A DNA stretch of 62,934 nucleotides, filler included. It is 6 parts of 6 records of this genome, joined end to end, with 100 filler letters (N's around TTAATTAATTAA, not from the genome) between each part and the next. Parts side by side here need not be neighbours in the genome. Positions count along the whole stretch, not along the records: positions 31,383 to 52,087 come from SRR20825010_2673; positions 52,188 to 57,654 come from SRR20825010_2678; positions 57,755 to 62,934 come from SRR20825010_2681; 3 more parts are not named here. One strand, given 5' to 3'. Below are positions 48,173 to 58,545 of the stretch, in pieces. Numbering within the stretch: the stretch's first letter is position 1; each line of letters begins with the position of its first letter. The notes under the pieces were generated by a model. That model saw nothing but the letters and a program-made list of their open reading frames with translations. It did no database searches and was not told the DNA's origin. The position numbers and the translations under genes are program-made.

Positions 48173-48217
48173 GGCATTCTCTCGCGAGCATGAAATTAAG
48201 GGCGCCTGCCCGCCAAT

Positions 48218-48243
48218 AAAAAAGGCGCCCGAAGGCGCCTTTT
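48218..48243 (-). terminator. Intrinsic terminator downstream of ompA (possibly bidirectional)
   Basis: AAAAAAGGCGCC-CGAA-GGCGCCTTTT. Confidence 0.88.
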
Positions 48244-48291
48244 CGTTGAGCTGATCTGCACAGGATGTCTGTACAGGATCAACGTCGACGC

Positions 48292-49500
48292 TTAACGGCG
48301 AACCTGAATACGAGCCTCAACCCGACGGTTCTCCGCGCGGCCAGCAGCGGTCTCGTTACTGGCAACCGGCTCGGACTCACCGTAACCTACGGCACTCACA
48401 CGATCCGCACTGATGCCCAGGGCATCGGTCAGCCGGGTGGCGACGGCCTCAGCACGGCGTTGAGACAGGAAGCGGTTGTATTCCGCCTCGCCAGTGCTGT
48501 CACTGTGACCGGCGACTTCCACGTTGGTTTCCGGATACTCGAGCATGAAGTTGGCGACGCGGCGAATCTCATTGTCGAAGGCATCGCCGATCACCGAACT
48601 GTTGGTCGGGAACTGTACGTTCAGCTCGATGGTTTCGACGGTTTCTGTCACGCCTTCACAACCCATGGCATCCACGTCTGCGCCTGCAGTCGTGCCGGGG
48701 CACTGGTCCGCGCTGTTCACCACGCCATCGTTGTCGCTGTCCAGTTCACAACCACGGCTGTTGACGCTGGCGCCCGCCGGTGTGTTGGGGCACTGGTCCA
48801 CGCTGTTGGCGACACCGTCACCGTCGTTGTCACGCTCACAGCCATTGCTGTCAACGTTCACACCTGCAGGTGTTCCGGCGCACTGATCGCGGTTGTCCGG
48901 CACGCCATCGTTGTCGCTGTCTGCGGCTTTGCGTGGTGAGGGCTTTGAGTCCGCGACGGTGCGAGAGAAGGCAAAGCTCAGGCCAAGGGTTGCCTGGGTA
49001 TCGAAGGTGCTTTCGTCAATGCCATGGAACTCGCGCAGGTCCGCGCGAATGGAAACGCTATCACTGACGTTGTAACGGAAGCCCGCCCCGACGTTGACGC
49101 GGGTTTCGTCGTGATTGGAACCGGCTGTCTGGTAGCTCAGCACATCGTCGCCGAAGTCCGCGTGGCCGGCACCGGCCGAGACATACGGATTCCAGGCTTC
49201 ATCCTGGCCGGCAAAGTAATAGAGGCCGTCCAGTCGATATTCTTCAAAGTCGCTGCTGCCATTGACGTACTTACGATCGGCATCCGCCTTGGAATAGACG
49301 CCTTCCACGGCCCAGTTGGGGTGGAAGCGAAATTCCGCGCCAATGCCCAGGGTGCCGGTTTCACTGAGGTCGCGCTTGTCGTCAAACAGCTGGAAGCCGG
49401 CAAACGGGTTCAGGTAAATGGTTTGCTCGCGTTCGGCGAGTGCGGGGGTCGCAAGGGATGTCGTCAGGGCCGCAATGGCCAGTGGGCGCATGATATTCAT
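48292..49500 (-). CDS. OmpA/OprF-family outer membrane protein with TSP3 calcium-binding repeats
   Basis: Signal peptide, beta-barrel, three D-x-DNDGV...DQC repeats, GHSDSTG/NRFLSQRRA/NRRVE OmpA domain. AGGAGG RBS before 49500. Confidence 0.93.
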   Translation of the reverse strand: MNIMRPLAIAALTTSLATPALAEREQTIYLNPFAGFQLFDDKRDLSETGTLGIGAEFRFHPNWAVEGVYSKADADRKYVNGSSDFEEYRLDGLYYFAGQDEAWNPYVSAGAGHADFGDDVLSYQTAGSNHDETRVNVGAGFRYNVSDSVSIRADLREFHGIDESTFDTQATLGLSFAFSRTVADSKPSPRKAADSDNDGVPDNRDQCAGTPAGVNVDSNGCERDNDGDGVANSVDQCPNTPAGASVNSRGCELDSDNDGVVNSADQCPGTTAGADVDAMGCEGVTETVETIELNVQFPTNSSVIGDAFDNEIRRVANFMLEYPETNVEVAGHSDSTGEAEYNRFLSQRRAEAVATRLTDALGISADRVSAVGYGESEPVASNETAAGRAENRRVEARIQVRR

Positions 49501-49647
49501 GCAGAACCTCCTGTTCAATTATCGTTGTAAAAAGTACTCATGTCGTACTTTCGCATAAAGCATTGCTGCAGCGTACTTACGTGAAATTTAAGTCAGGGGA
49601 TTCAAAAAAACAAAAAAAGAGGGCCAGTGTTACGTCCGCAATTGTAC

Positions 49648-51930
49648 TCAGGCCCTTGATGACATGGCGGTAAAATACAGGTGGGCACTTTTCTTGCTGA
49701 AATTCAGGGTGTCACCGTTGTCGAAAGCGACTTCGAAGGACCGTTCGTCCTCCCCCGTCACTGAGCCCGGCCCGAAGATGGCATGGCTGAGACGGTTTCT
49801 TGCCCAGAGCGGTGTCGTCTCCTCGGCCGTTGCTTCCGTACTTGTCTGCAATGTGACGCCTTGAAGGTGCGCATAGCGAAGACCGGTCGACGTCAGTGGT
49901 ACGGTGGCTGTCAGTGCGTCAGCGCTGTCGCAGGAACGCCCGTCCAGCCACTGGCCAAACTCTTGGGACAGTGGAAAGCACAACTCATCGACAAACCGGC
50001 TTGGGCCCTGGTCGCCGTCAAGGTGTCTTTTTTCTCCGAATGGCCGGGTGATCAGGTGTAGCTGCTCCCGGGTTCGGGTCATGGCCACATAGAGCAGACG
50101 GCGTTCACTTTCCAGGAAGGCCTTGGGGTCGTCCTGGGCTCGGGGGCTGTAGGGCAGGTACTTCTCCTGCAGTCCCGGCAGTATAACGGTCGACCATTCC
50201 AGGCCCTTGGTGCGGTGGATGGTGGAGAGCAAGGCGCCGCCATGGCGATTTTCACCCGCCTGTTTCTTCAGAGCCTTGAGGTGTTCCAGCGCGCCGTCAA
50301 TGCTGACATCGAGTCCCGAGAGGTACAGCCGGAAGCCCCGGATGGTCTCGATGCGTTCGTCCGCGGTTTCATGGGTCAGTGCCAGGCTGCGAATGCCCTC
50401 GTAGAGTTCGGTTTCCTCCGCATAGCGGGATATCAGATCTGCCACTGAGCCTTTGAAGCGCTCCAGCTGTGCCAGTGTTTCCCCCAGCTTGCGGAGCTTT
50501 TTGGCCGCCATGGGGGCCAGTGCGTCAAAGTCCATGGCCAGCAGCCGCTCGTGCCAGCCCTCGCCGAACCCAGCCAGAAAGCGTGCCAGCTGTTCGAGCT
50601 CGGGCTCCTTGAGGCCCACATGGGGGAAGCGCAGCAATTGCCGGGCAATATCAAGCCGATCTTCATCAGGCAGATTGCGAATCCGGCCCGACACCACCAT
50701 CAACAGGCTGGTGATGGCCTGAACCTCGCGACTGAACAGGGCTCCCTTCCCGGCGTCGATGCGGTAGGGCACTTGTCGCGCGAGCAATTTCAATTCGATA
50801 GGAACACTCTGGCTCCACACCCTGAACAGGATCGCCGTGTTGGCAAGTGCTTCGTCGTCCATGGGTTGCAGTAGTTTCAGGACGAGATCACTGTCGTTTT
50901 CCTGCTGGTGCAGGGTGATGCCGGTCTCAGGTGTGGTTGGATGGGAATGGCAGAGCACATCCTTGCGACCGGTGTTGTGACAGATCAGGTGATTGGCCAG
51001 CAGAGCCACCTGATGGCCATACCGAAAGGTATAGCTCAGGGTCTGCTCCAGTGGGCTTTCAAACTCTTCGCTGAAACGCCTGAGTATAAAATCGGGTCTG
51101 GCGCCCCGGAACTCGTAAATCGTCTGATCCGGATCGCCCACGACAGTCACCCGTGCCCGGTCGCCGGCCACGTATCTGAGCAGTAGATGCTGGATTTCGT
51201 TGGTGTCCTGATACTCATCCACCAGTACCAGGTCCATTTTGTTGCCAACCAGGCGCTGTAAGGGCGGGTTCTGGTGAATGGCCATCACCGGTTCGTAGAG
51301 CATGTCGGCGTAGCTGATGCGGCTCTGGGATTTGCGCCACTGTTCAAAGCTGTGGAACAGGTCGATCAGGTAGCGGTGCTTGTCGGAATAGCCGAGTTCC
51401 TCAAAGACGATGTCCACCGGGGACAGGGTGGTTTTCACCAGGTCGATGAAGTTAACGGCGGTTTCGACAAAGTCTTTCTTGTTACGGCGGATCTCGTCGG
51501 CTAGGTCCTCGGGCGCCAATCGCCGCGTAAGCTGCCAGGCCTGATAGCTGATTTCCTGGTCGGTGAGGATCTTGTCTGAAAATCCCGGAAGGAAGCCTTC
51601 CCGCACGAACCGTTTGTAAAGCCGTAGCCCCATGGCGTGGTAGGTGCGAATTTCAGGTGTCGCCAGGCCCAAATTACGTGTTACGTCCTGAAGTTTGTGT
51701 TCAAAGTCCACCCGCGCAGCGCGGTTGAACATCAACACCAGCATACGGTTCGGATCATGCCCCTGTTCCAGCAGATAGCGGATGCGCCAGGCCAGAGTGG
51801 ACGTTTTTCCACTGCCCGCCACGGCGGTGATTACCGCATGTTCAAAACCTGCGGTGATGATGGCCCTTTGCTCATCAGTGAGGTAATCGGGCAGATTGGA
51901 GGTTTCAGGTATTTGGGGTGGGGGCGACAT
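49648..51930 (-). CDS. UvrD/Rep-family ATP-dependent helicase
   Basis: AVAGSGKT, VDEYQD, VGDPDQTIYEFRGA, STIHRTKGLEW, ERRLLYVAMTR. Start uncertain (ORF extends to 52023). Confidence 0.92.
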   Translation of the reverse strand: MSPPPQIPETSNLPDYLTDEQRAIITAGFEHAVITAVAGSGKTSTLAWRIRYLLEQGHDPNRMLVLMFNRAARVDFEHKLQDVTRNLGLATPEIRTYHAMGLRLYKRFVREGFLPGFSDKILTDQEISYQAWQLTRRLAPEDLADEIRRNKKDFVETAVNFIDLVKTTLSPVDIVFEELGYSDKHRYLIDLFHSFEQWRKSQSRISYADMLYEPVMAIHQNPPLQRLVGNKMDLVLVDEYQDTNEIQHLLLRYVAGDRARVTVVGDPDQTIYEFRGARPDFILRRFSEEFESPLEQTLSYTFRYGHQVALLANHLICHNTGRKDVLCHSHPTTPETGITLHQQENDSDLVLKLLQPMDDEALANTAILFRVWSQSVPIELKLLARQVPYRIDAGKGALFSREVQAITSLLMVVSGRIRNLPDEDRLDIARQLLRFPHVGLKEPELEQLARFLAGFGEGWHERLLAMDFDALAPMAAKKLRKLGETLAQLERFKGSVADLISRYAEETELYEGIRSLALTHETADERIETIRGFRLYLSGLDVSIDGALEHLKALKKQAGENRHGGALLSTIHRTKGLEWSTVILPGLQEKYLPYSPRAQDDPKAFLESERRLLYVAMTRTREQLHLITRPFGEKRHLDGDQGPSRFVDELCFPLSQEFGQWLDGRSCDSADALTATVPLTSTGLRYAHLQGVTLQTSTEATAEETTPLWARNRLSHAIFGPGSVTGEDERSFEVAFDNGDTLNFSKKSAHLYFTAMSSRA

Positions 51931-52087
51931 GCTGTGTATTGTACCCGGCGACTGGTAGTGCTGATACTGGTGCCGCATAATCCTGATAACTTTTGCTTTT
52001 CTGCTCGTCGGGATTGACCGCATATTGGGTGCAGGAGGGTTTGGGGGTTCTCTTCCAAAACACGCTCAAGCACATCCATGTGGCGCT

Positions 52088-52187
52088 NNNNNNNNNNNNN
52101 NNNNNNNNNNNNNNNNNNNNNNNNNNNNNNNTTAATTAATTAANNNNNNNNNNNNNNNNNNNNNNNNNNNNNNNNNNNNNNNNNNNN
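52088..52187. other. Artificial contig spacer
   Basis: N44-TTAATTAATTAA-N44. Confidence 0.99.
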
Positions 52188-52215
52188 TTATGCTCTACCC
52201 CTGAGCTACGCCCGC
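52188..52215 (-). tRNA. tRNA 5' fragment, probably tRNA-Gly (anticodon lost in the gap)
   Basis: Minus strand reads GCGGGCG-TA-GCTCAGGGGTAGAGC-ATAA: acceptor 5' strand and D-arm typical of tRNA-Gly. Confidence 0.8.
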
Positions 52216-52425
52216 GTCCACCGGCATTCAGTGATGCCGTCGAGAGGCGCGATAATACAAACTGTTCTTCGCTTTGCAAGCCTCGAGATGATTTTTTTTT
52301 CAGACGTTGGGAGAGGCGCTGAAAATGCCAGGAAAGCCTTGGAAAAACCGTGCTTTCCGGCTATCCCAGAACCAGAATTTTGCGCGCGTCGCGGTGCGGA
52401 TCGAGCAACAAGGGTGCAAAACGTT

Positions 52426-52971
52426 ATGTCCGAGAGTGAATCAGTCACCGGCGCGGGGCCGTCTGGCGCTGGCCCGAGGATGCCGGATGAACTTCTCGCC
52501 CATCTCGACGGGCTGGGGCTCGACTACGTATTACATCGCCACCCGCCTCTTTTCACCGTGGAAGACAGCAAGGCGCTTCGGGGCGAGCTTTCCGGCGGTC
52601 ATTGCAAGAACCTGTTCCTGCGGGACCGGAAAGGCAGGATGTGGCTTGTCGTGGCGCTGGAGGACCGGCAGATCGACCTGAAGCAGCTCGGGGCGGCTCT
52701 TGGCGGCGCCCGTTTGTCTTTTGGCAGCCCTGACCGGTTGATGAAATATCTCGGCGTGATCCCGGGGGCCGTTTCACCCTATGCGCTATTCAATGACGTG
52801 GATCGAGAGCTTACGGTGGTACTCGACAAGGAAATGCTTACATTCGACCCGCTTAATTACCACCCTCTCTCTAACGAAATGACAATCGCGGTCTCGCCTG
52901 ATTCACTCTTGGCATTCCTCAGGAATCTCGGCTACGAGCCGGACATTCTCGACTTCGCAACCGTGGCCTGA
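52426..52971 (+). CDS. Prolyl-tRNA editing protein (ProX/PrdX, YbaK superfamily)
   Basis: HPPLFTVE, GHCKNLFL, RLSFG, GVIPGAVSP, NYHPL. Start at 52426 or 52480. Confidence 0.9.
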   Translation: MSESESVTGAGPSGAGPRMPDELLAHLDGLGLDYVLHRHPPLFTVEDSKALRGELSGGHCKNLFLRDRKGRMWLVVALEDRQIDLKQLGAALGGARLSFGSPDRLMKYLGVIPGAVSPYALFNDVDRELTVVLDKEMLTFDPLNYHPLSNEMTIAVSPDSLLAFLRNLGYEPDILDFATVA

Positions 52972-53004
52972 CCGGCTCCCCGACCGGAGAACATGGTCGG
53001 GGGA

Positions 53005-53032
53005 CTTGCCAAGCGACGGCAGCGGCCAATCT
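53005..53032 (+). promoter_or_regulatory. Candidate RpoH (sigma32) promoter
   Basis: CTTGCC-N15-CCAATCT upstream of cnoX/ybbN, a heat-shock gene in other proteobacteria. Confidence 0.45.
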
Positions 53033-53062
53033 TTACCGGATAAGAAAGAACGGACGACTGGC

Positions 53063-53968
53063 ATGGAAACCCTCATCAACGCCGCCCCGGATCCCGCCGA
53101 CCTGATCAAGGACTCCGATACGCAATCCTTCATGGCCGATGTTGTCGAAGCGTCCAAGGACGTTCCGGTCATCGTCGACTTCTGGGCGCCGTGGTGCGGC
53201 CCCTGCAAGCAGCTTGGCCCGATGCTGGAAAAAGTGGTGCGTGACGCCGCCGGCGCCGTGCGCATGGTCAAGGTCAATATCGACGAGAACCAGGCCATCG
53301 CACAGCAGATGCGGGTGCAGTCGATTCCGGCTGTGTTCGCCTTTTACAAGGGTCAGCCGGTAGACGGATTTCAGGGTGCCTTGCCGGAAAGCCAGATCCG
53401 CGAATTCGTCAAGCGGCTGACGGGTGGCGCCGCGGGCGACTCTCCGCTTAATGAAGCGCTGGATGCTGCGGATCAGATGCTGGAAGCGGGCGATGCGCAG
53501 GGTGCCGGCGGAATTTACAGCCAGGTGGTTGAGCACGATCCGGAAAATGTGCGCGGCATTGCGGGGCTGATCCGTGCTCTGGTCGCCGTCGGTCAGGTGG
53601 AGCAGGCGCAGCAGATGATCGCGGACTTGCCGGACGAGATCAAAAAGGCGCCGGAAATACATGCCGCGATCGCATCGCTTGAACTGGCGACCGAGAGCCA
53701 GGATGCCGGCGAGGAAGCGGCGCTGGTTGCCGCCATCGAAGCCGATCCGGACAACCATCAGGCCCGTTACGATCTGGCCATGGCGCGCTTTGCGGCGAAC
53801 AACAGGGAAGGCGCGGTCGAGGCCTTGATCGAAAGCATTCGCCGGGACCGCGACTGGGAAGAGCAGAAGGCCCGCATGCAGCTGGTGAAGTTCTTCGAGG
53901 CCTTCGGTCATACGGACCCGGCCACCATCAAGGGCCGCCGGCGCCTGTCAGCGGTTCTGTTTTCCTGA
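53063..53968 (+). CDS. cnoX: Thioredoxin-TPR chaperedoxin (CnoX/YbbN)
   Basis: DFWAPWCGPC, FQGALPESQ, TPR region, RRRLSAVLF. Confidence 0.9.
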   Translation: METLINAAPDPADLIKDSDTQSFMADVVEASKDVPVIVDFWAPWCGPCKQLGPMLEKVVRDAAGAVRMVKVNIDENQAIAQQMRVQSIPAVFAFYKGQPVDGFQGALPESQIREFVKRLTGGAAGDSPLNEALDAADQMLEAGDAQGAGGIYSQVVEHDPENVRGIAGLIRALVAVGQVEQAQQMIADLPDEIKKAPEIHAAIASLELATESQDAGEEAALVAAIEADPDNHQARYDLAMARFAANNREGAVEALIESIRRDRDWEEQKARMQLVKFFEAFGHTDPATIKGRRRLSAVLFS

Positions 53969-54006
53969 ATTCACAAAGATCTGTCGGAAAGGAGCTATCG
54001 GAATCC

Positions 54007-54657
54007 ATGACGCGCAATCCCTTTGCTCCCGGGCTTGAGGACATGCCTGCCTGTATTCCGGTTTTCCCGCTGCCCGGGGTCCTTTTGCTGCCCGGCGGAA
54101 AGCTGCCCCTCAATATTTTCGAGCCGCGCTATCTGGCAATGACGCAGGATGCGCTCTGCACCGACCGGCTGATCGGCATGATCCAGCCACAGGAGGAGGG
54201 TGATTCCAGTCTCCACCGTACCGGCTGCGTGGGCCGCATCACGTCCTTCTCGGAAACCGAGGATGGCCGCTTCACGATCACCCTGACCGGTGTGGCCCGC
54301 TTCCATGTGGAGCAGGAACTGGAATGCCGTTCCGGATACCGCCGGGTGGTGGCGGACTGGTGCAGTTTCGCGGATGATTTTGAAGCCCGGGATGAGTTGT
54401 CTCTGGACCGGGATCGTCTGATGCGGGGCCTGAAGGACTATTTTGCGCTACAGGGCATCCGCGCCGATTGGGACTCCATTGAAAAGGCGGAAGACCGGCA
54501 GCTCCTGACGACGCTGGCGATGGTCTGTCCGTTTGGATCTCTGGAGAAGCAGGCCCTGCTTGAGGCTCCGACGCTTCAGGAGCGTGGCGAGACGATGCTC
54601 ACCCTGCTAGAGATGTCGCTTCATGATCTCAAGGATGATCACTATGCACGGCACTGA
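54007..54657 (+). CDS. Lon N-terminal substrate-binding-domain protein
   Basis: [30 protein letters not shown]. Confidence 0.92.
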   Translation: MTRNPFAPGLEDMPACIPVFPLPGVLLLPGGKLPLNIFEPRYLAMTQDALCTDRLIGMIQPQEEGDSSLHRTGCVGRITSFSETEDGRFTITLTGVARFHVEQELECRSGYRRVVADWCSFADDFEARDELSLDRDRLMRGLKDYFALQGIRADWDSIEKAEDRQLLTTLAMVCPFGSLEKQALLEAPTLQERGETMLTLLEMSLHDLKDDHYARH

Positions 54658-54916
54658 AAAATCTGCCGCCGGCAGCGTGGAGCGGGAAGTCGATCCGAAG
54701 CTGCTGGAAATCCTGGTGTGCCCGTTGACAAAGGCGCCGCTGACTTATGACCGGGCGCGCTCCGAGTTGGTAAGCGAGCAGGCCAGACTGGCTTTCCCGA
54801 TCCGTGACGGCGTGCCGATCATGCTGCCCGATGAAGCACGGCAGCTGGATGATGATGCCGATCCCGTGGCCGAGGGCAAGGCCGCACTGACGGCCAACAG
54901 GGCCGACGCACCATGA
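54644..54916 (+). CDS. Trm112-like (UPF0434/YcaR) protein
   Basis: [25 protein letters not shown]. Confidence 0.9.
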   Translation: MHGTEKSAAGSVEREVDPKLLEILVCPLTKAPLTYDRARSELVSEQARLAFPIRDGVPIMLPDEARQLDDDADPVAEGKAALTANRADAP

Positions 54917-55287
54917 GCGAGTCCTTTGCGACCGAGATCTGGCCGACGGAAATCCGTGTCCAGTCGGCGGAGAAGACCCTGGAGATCGATTTTGACACCG
55001 GGGAAAGCTTCTCCATCCCGGCCGAACTTCTGAGGGTCGAGAGCCCGTCGGCGGAAGTGCAGGGCCATGTGCCGTCCCAGAAGAAGCTGGTGGCCGGACG
55101 CGCCCATGTGAACATCATGGGCATGGAAGCGATCGGCAATTACGCGGTGAAGATCAAGTTCGACGATCTGCACGACACCGGCATTTTCACATGGCGTTAT
55201 CTGCACAAGCTCGGCTCCGAGAAGGAGCAGATCTGGGAACGCTACCTCGCCGAACTTGAAGCCGCCGGTCTCAGCCGGGAGCCTTGA
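54913..55287 (+). CDS. DUF971 / GBBH-like N-terminal domain protein
   Basis: [30 protein letters not shown]. Confidence 0.9.
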   Translation: MSESFATEIWPTEIRVQSAEKTLEIDFDTGESFSIPAELLRVESPSAEVQGHVPSQKKLVAGRAHVNIMGMEAIGNYAVKIKFDDLHDTGIFTWRYLHKLGSEKEQIWERYLAELEAAGLSREP

Positions 55288-55295
55288 TCCGGACG

Positions 55296-56528
55296 TTACT
55301 GCCGGGCCGGGTCCTGCATCAGCCTCGGCAGGGTGCCGATCGTTCCCATGGCGCTGCGCATAAAGACACGCTTCAGCGGCCCGATGCGCTGCACCAGGCC
55401 GAGACCCGCATCGCGCACGAGCCGGATGGCGGCTGAATCGTTGGAGAATAGGCGGTTCAAACCGTCTGTCGCTGCAATCATCGTCATCACATCGAAGCGC
55501 CGCCAGCGCTGATATTTTTCCAGCACCGGCGCGGAACCGAAATCCAGTCCGATCCGGCGCGCATCCTCGATCGTGTCGGCGAGCGCCGCGATATCGCGCA
55601 GCCCGAGATTGAAGCCCTGGCCCGAGATCGGATGAATGCCGTGCGCGGCATCGCCAACCAGCACCAGCCGTTGGTCGATATAGCGCTCGGCATGAATCAG
55701 GCCGAGCGGATAGGCCCAGCGCTTGCCCGTGACGTGAAGCCGCCCGAGGCTGTCGCCGAAAGCCGTCTGCATCTCCAGATCGAACGCGCCATCAGGGAGC
55801 TGCATGAGGGCGTTCGCCGCATCGGTGCGCTCGCTCCAGACCAGACAGGACTGGTGCGTGCCGTCCGCCGCATCGTTGAGCGGCAGCATCGCGAAAGGAC
55901 CGGCGGGGCGGAAATGTTCGAACGCCATATGGTTATGCGGCAGCCCGTGCGCCACGGTGCAGGTAATTGCCGTCTGGCCGTAGGAAAGCTCTGTCGTGCG
56001 CAGTCCGGCCGCGCGCCGGGTCGGCGATGCGCGCCCGTCTGCCGCGACGGCGAGTTTCGCGGTAATGCGGCGCCCGTCCGCAAGAACGGCTGTCGCGGCC
56101 TCACCACTGCGCTCCAGCCGTTCAACGGATGCTGGCGAGACGATTGTGATGCCGGGGCGGGTGGCGGCAGTGCGATAGAGGCCGGCCTTCAGAACGCTGT
56201 TGTCGAGGATGAAGCCCATCGGGTCCGGGCCGGCATCCTCGTGATCGAATTGCAGGAAGAGCGGCGAGCCGCCTTCCCGGACGCGGATATCGTCAATCGC
56301 GCAGGGTGCTTCCGGCAGGGCGTCCCAGACCCCGAGCCGGACCAGCATCCGTTTGCTGCTCTGGGAAATCGCGGTGGTCCGGCCGTCATGACCGGCGGCA
56401 ACATGCATTTCCACCGGCGCCCTGTCGATCACGCTGACCGACAGCCCGGCAGCATCCAGCGCCAGGGCTGTGGAGATGCCGGACAGGCCGCCACCGATAA
56501 TCAGCGCATCGCAGAAAATGTCGTTCAC
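55296..56528 (-). CDS. UbiH/UbiL-family ubiquinone biosynthesis flavin hydroxylase
   Basis: IGGGLSG, DGRTTAI, AADG, GPFAMLP, GDAAHGIHPISGQGFNLGLRD. Confidence 0.9.
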   Translation of the reverse strand: MNDIFCDALIIGGGLSGISTALALDAAGLSVSVIDRAPVEMHVAAGHDGRTTAISQSSKRMLVRLGVWDALPEAPCAIDDIRVREGGSPLFLQFDHEDAGPDPMGFILDNSVLKAGLYRTAATRPGITIVSPASVERLERSGEAATAVLADGRRITAKLAVAADGRASPTRRAAGLRTTELSYGQTAITCTVAHGLPHNHMAFEHFRPAGPFAMLPLNDAADGTHQSCLVWSERTDAANALMQLPDGAFDLEMQTAFGDSLGRLHVTGKRWAYPLGLIHAERYIDQRLVLVGDAAHGIHPISGQGFNLGLRDIAALADTIEDARRIGLDFGSAPVLEKYQRWRRFDVMTMIAATDGLNRLFSNDSAAIRLVRDAGLGLVQRIGPLKRVFMRSAMGTIGTLPRLMQDPARQ

Positions 56529-56645
56529 GCTCTTTGGTCCCTTGCCTCGGCGCCCGGTCTCGGCGCGCGTTCCTCATAGCCAAGATACAGCGCCACGCGC
56601 AGGGAACAAGGGTTCGCGCAACGGGTGAAAATGCCCATTTTCAGA

Positions 56646-56794
56646 TGCTCAAAATAACATCACGGTTTCGTTAGTGCTCAAAAAATAGGCACAAACTTTA
56701 AGCTCGTGCGATGCAATGATTTTTGAAATCAAAGTGTAACACTATGATTTAACGAATAAATTCTGAATGCTTCAGTCTTGGCCCATATTTTGTA
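56646..56794 (+). promoter_or_regulatory. NtrC-type upstream sites, IHF-like site and sigma54 promoter of glnK-amtB
   Basis: TGCTCAAAAAATAGGCA (56675-56691) and a weaker copy at 56646-56662. AATCAAAGTGTAA (56727-56739). TGGCCC-N5-TTGTA (56779-56794). Confidence 0.65.
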
Positions 56795-56798
56795 ATGA

Positions 56799-57221
<423 letters not shown>

Positions 57222-57233
57222 GGAGCTCATCAG

Positions 57234-57654
57234 ATGAGAAAATTTTTCGGCTTTTCCGTTCTGACGGCCGTCACCGCGTCGGTAACGATCGCGCTGACGA
57301 AGACCGCTTCAGCGGCCGTCGATCCAGAGACGGCCTTTATCTTCAATACGCTGTCATTCCTGATGCACGGATTCCTCGTGATGTGGATGGCGGCTGGTTT
57401 CTGCATGCTTGAGGCGGGCCTCGTCCGCACCAAGAACACGACGATGCAGTGTGCCAAGAACATCACCCTCTATTCTGTCGCTGGCCTGCTCTACTGGCTC
57501 GTCGGTTACAACCTGATGTACATGGACGTCTCCGGCTTCATGGGATCCTTCGCGATCTGGTCCGGTGCCGACGATGTCATCACCGCCGACGGCTTCACCG
57601 GTGACGGCTCCGGCTACGCCGCGGCTTCCGACTGGTTCTTCCAGATGGTGTTCG
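57234..57654 (+). CDS. amtB: Ammonium transporter (truncated by the gap)
   Basis: LVMWMAAGFCMLEAGLVRTKN, WFFQMVF. Confidence 0.95.
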
Positions 57655-57754
57655 NNNNNNNNNNNNNNNNNNNNNNNNNNNNNNNNNNNNNNNNNNNNTT
57701 AATTAATTAANNNNNNNNNNNNNNNNNNNNNNNNNNNNNNNNNNNNNNNNNNNN
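57655..57754. other. Artificial contig spacer
   Basis: N44-TTAATTAATTAA-N44. Confidence 0.99.
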
Positions 57755-57819
57755 AGGGCATGATGCCAAGAGGGGCGCCCACAGCTATGAAAATGCTAGT
57801 GGCTTAAGGAGTATGGACC

Positions 57820-58491
57820 ATGAAAGCCCATAAGAACGTAATTCTTTCCGCGGCCGCAGCCGTTGGTTTTGTTGCAGCGGCTGGTGCCGCACAGGCTGCG
57901 GATGCAGTCATGGAGCAGCCGCCTGCACCGCCTGCCGCGCCGGTGATCTCCACCCCGATCAATGATTGGGAAGGTGGCTATGCCGGTATCGCGCTTGGCT
58001 ATGGTTTCTCCGGTGAGACCGCAGCCAATCAGCCGGTTGCCGGCAACGACATCGACACTGACGGCTTTGTCGGAAACGGCTTCGCCGGCTGGAACTTCCA
58101 GTCCGGCAGCTTCGTCTACGGTGTTGAAGGCGATGTGGGCTACAACGGCATGGAAGGCACCAATGCCGGTGTCGAATCCAAGCATGGCGTCGACGGCACG
58201 CTGCGCGCTCGTCTGGGTGTCGCCGCGACCGACAACATCCTGATCTACGGTACGGCCGGTGGCGCTGCACAGCGTCTGAAGATCACGGATGCAGCCGGGT
58301 CCGACACCAACACCATGCTCGGCTGGACGGCTGGTGCCGGCGTCGATGCGAAGCTGACCGACAAGGTCTTCGGCCGCGTCGAATACCGTTACACCAAGTT
58401 CGGTGACGAAGCGTTCAACACCGGCAGTGGTGCGCAGGAAGTCAGCGACAGCTCCAACAAGGTCATGTTCGGCCTTGGTATGCAGTTCTGA
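57820..58491 (+). CDS. Omp25/Omp31/RopB-family outer membrane protein
   Basis: AQAAD signal, Pro-rich linker, WEGGYAG, GTLRARLG, GWTAGAG, RVEYRY, terminal Phe. Confidence 0.92.
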   Translation: MKAHKNVILSAAAAVGFVAAAGAAQAADAVMEQPPAPPAAPVISTPINDWEGGYAGIALGYGFSGETAANQPVAGNDIDTDGFVGNGFAGWNFQSGSFVYGVEGDVGYNGMEGTNAGVESKHGVDGTLRARLGVAATDNILIYGTAGGAAQRLKITDAAGSDTNTMLGWTAGAGVDAKLTDKVFGRVEYRYTKFGDEAFNTGSGAQEVSDSSNKVMFGLGMQF

Positions 58492-58513
58492 TCCAAGCGA
58501 CAGACTGAAATGG

Positions 58514-58545
58514 AAAAGCCGGGCCCCGTGTCCGGCTTTTTCTTT
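58514..58545 (+). terminator. Intrinsic (probably bidirectional) terminator
   Basis: AAAAGCCGGG...TCCGGCTTTTTCTTT between convergent genes. Confidence 0.82.

Noticed and set aside
48700-48925. DNA-level repeats in ompA (and in 6749-7870)
   Set aside because: They are fully explained by TSP3 and FG-GAP protein repeats.
49648-51930. UvrD helicase (and nearby TatD) as an anti-phage system
   Set aside because: There is no adjacent OLD/TOPRIM nuclease, ATPase or QueC partner, and both genes sit among housekeeping genes with host-like composition.
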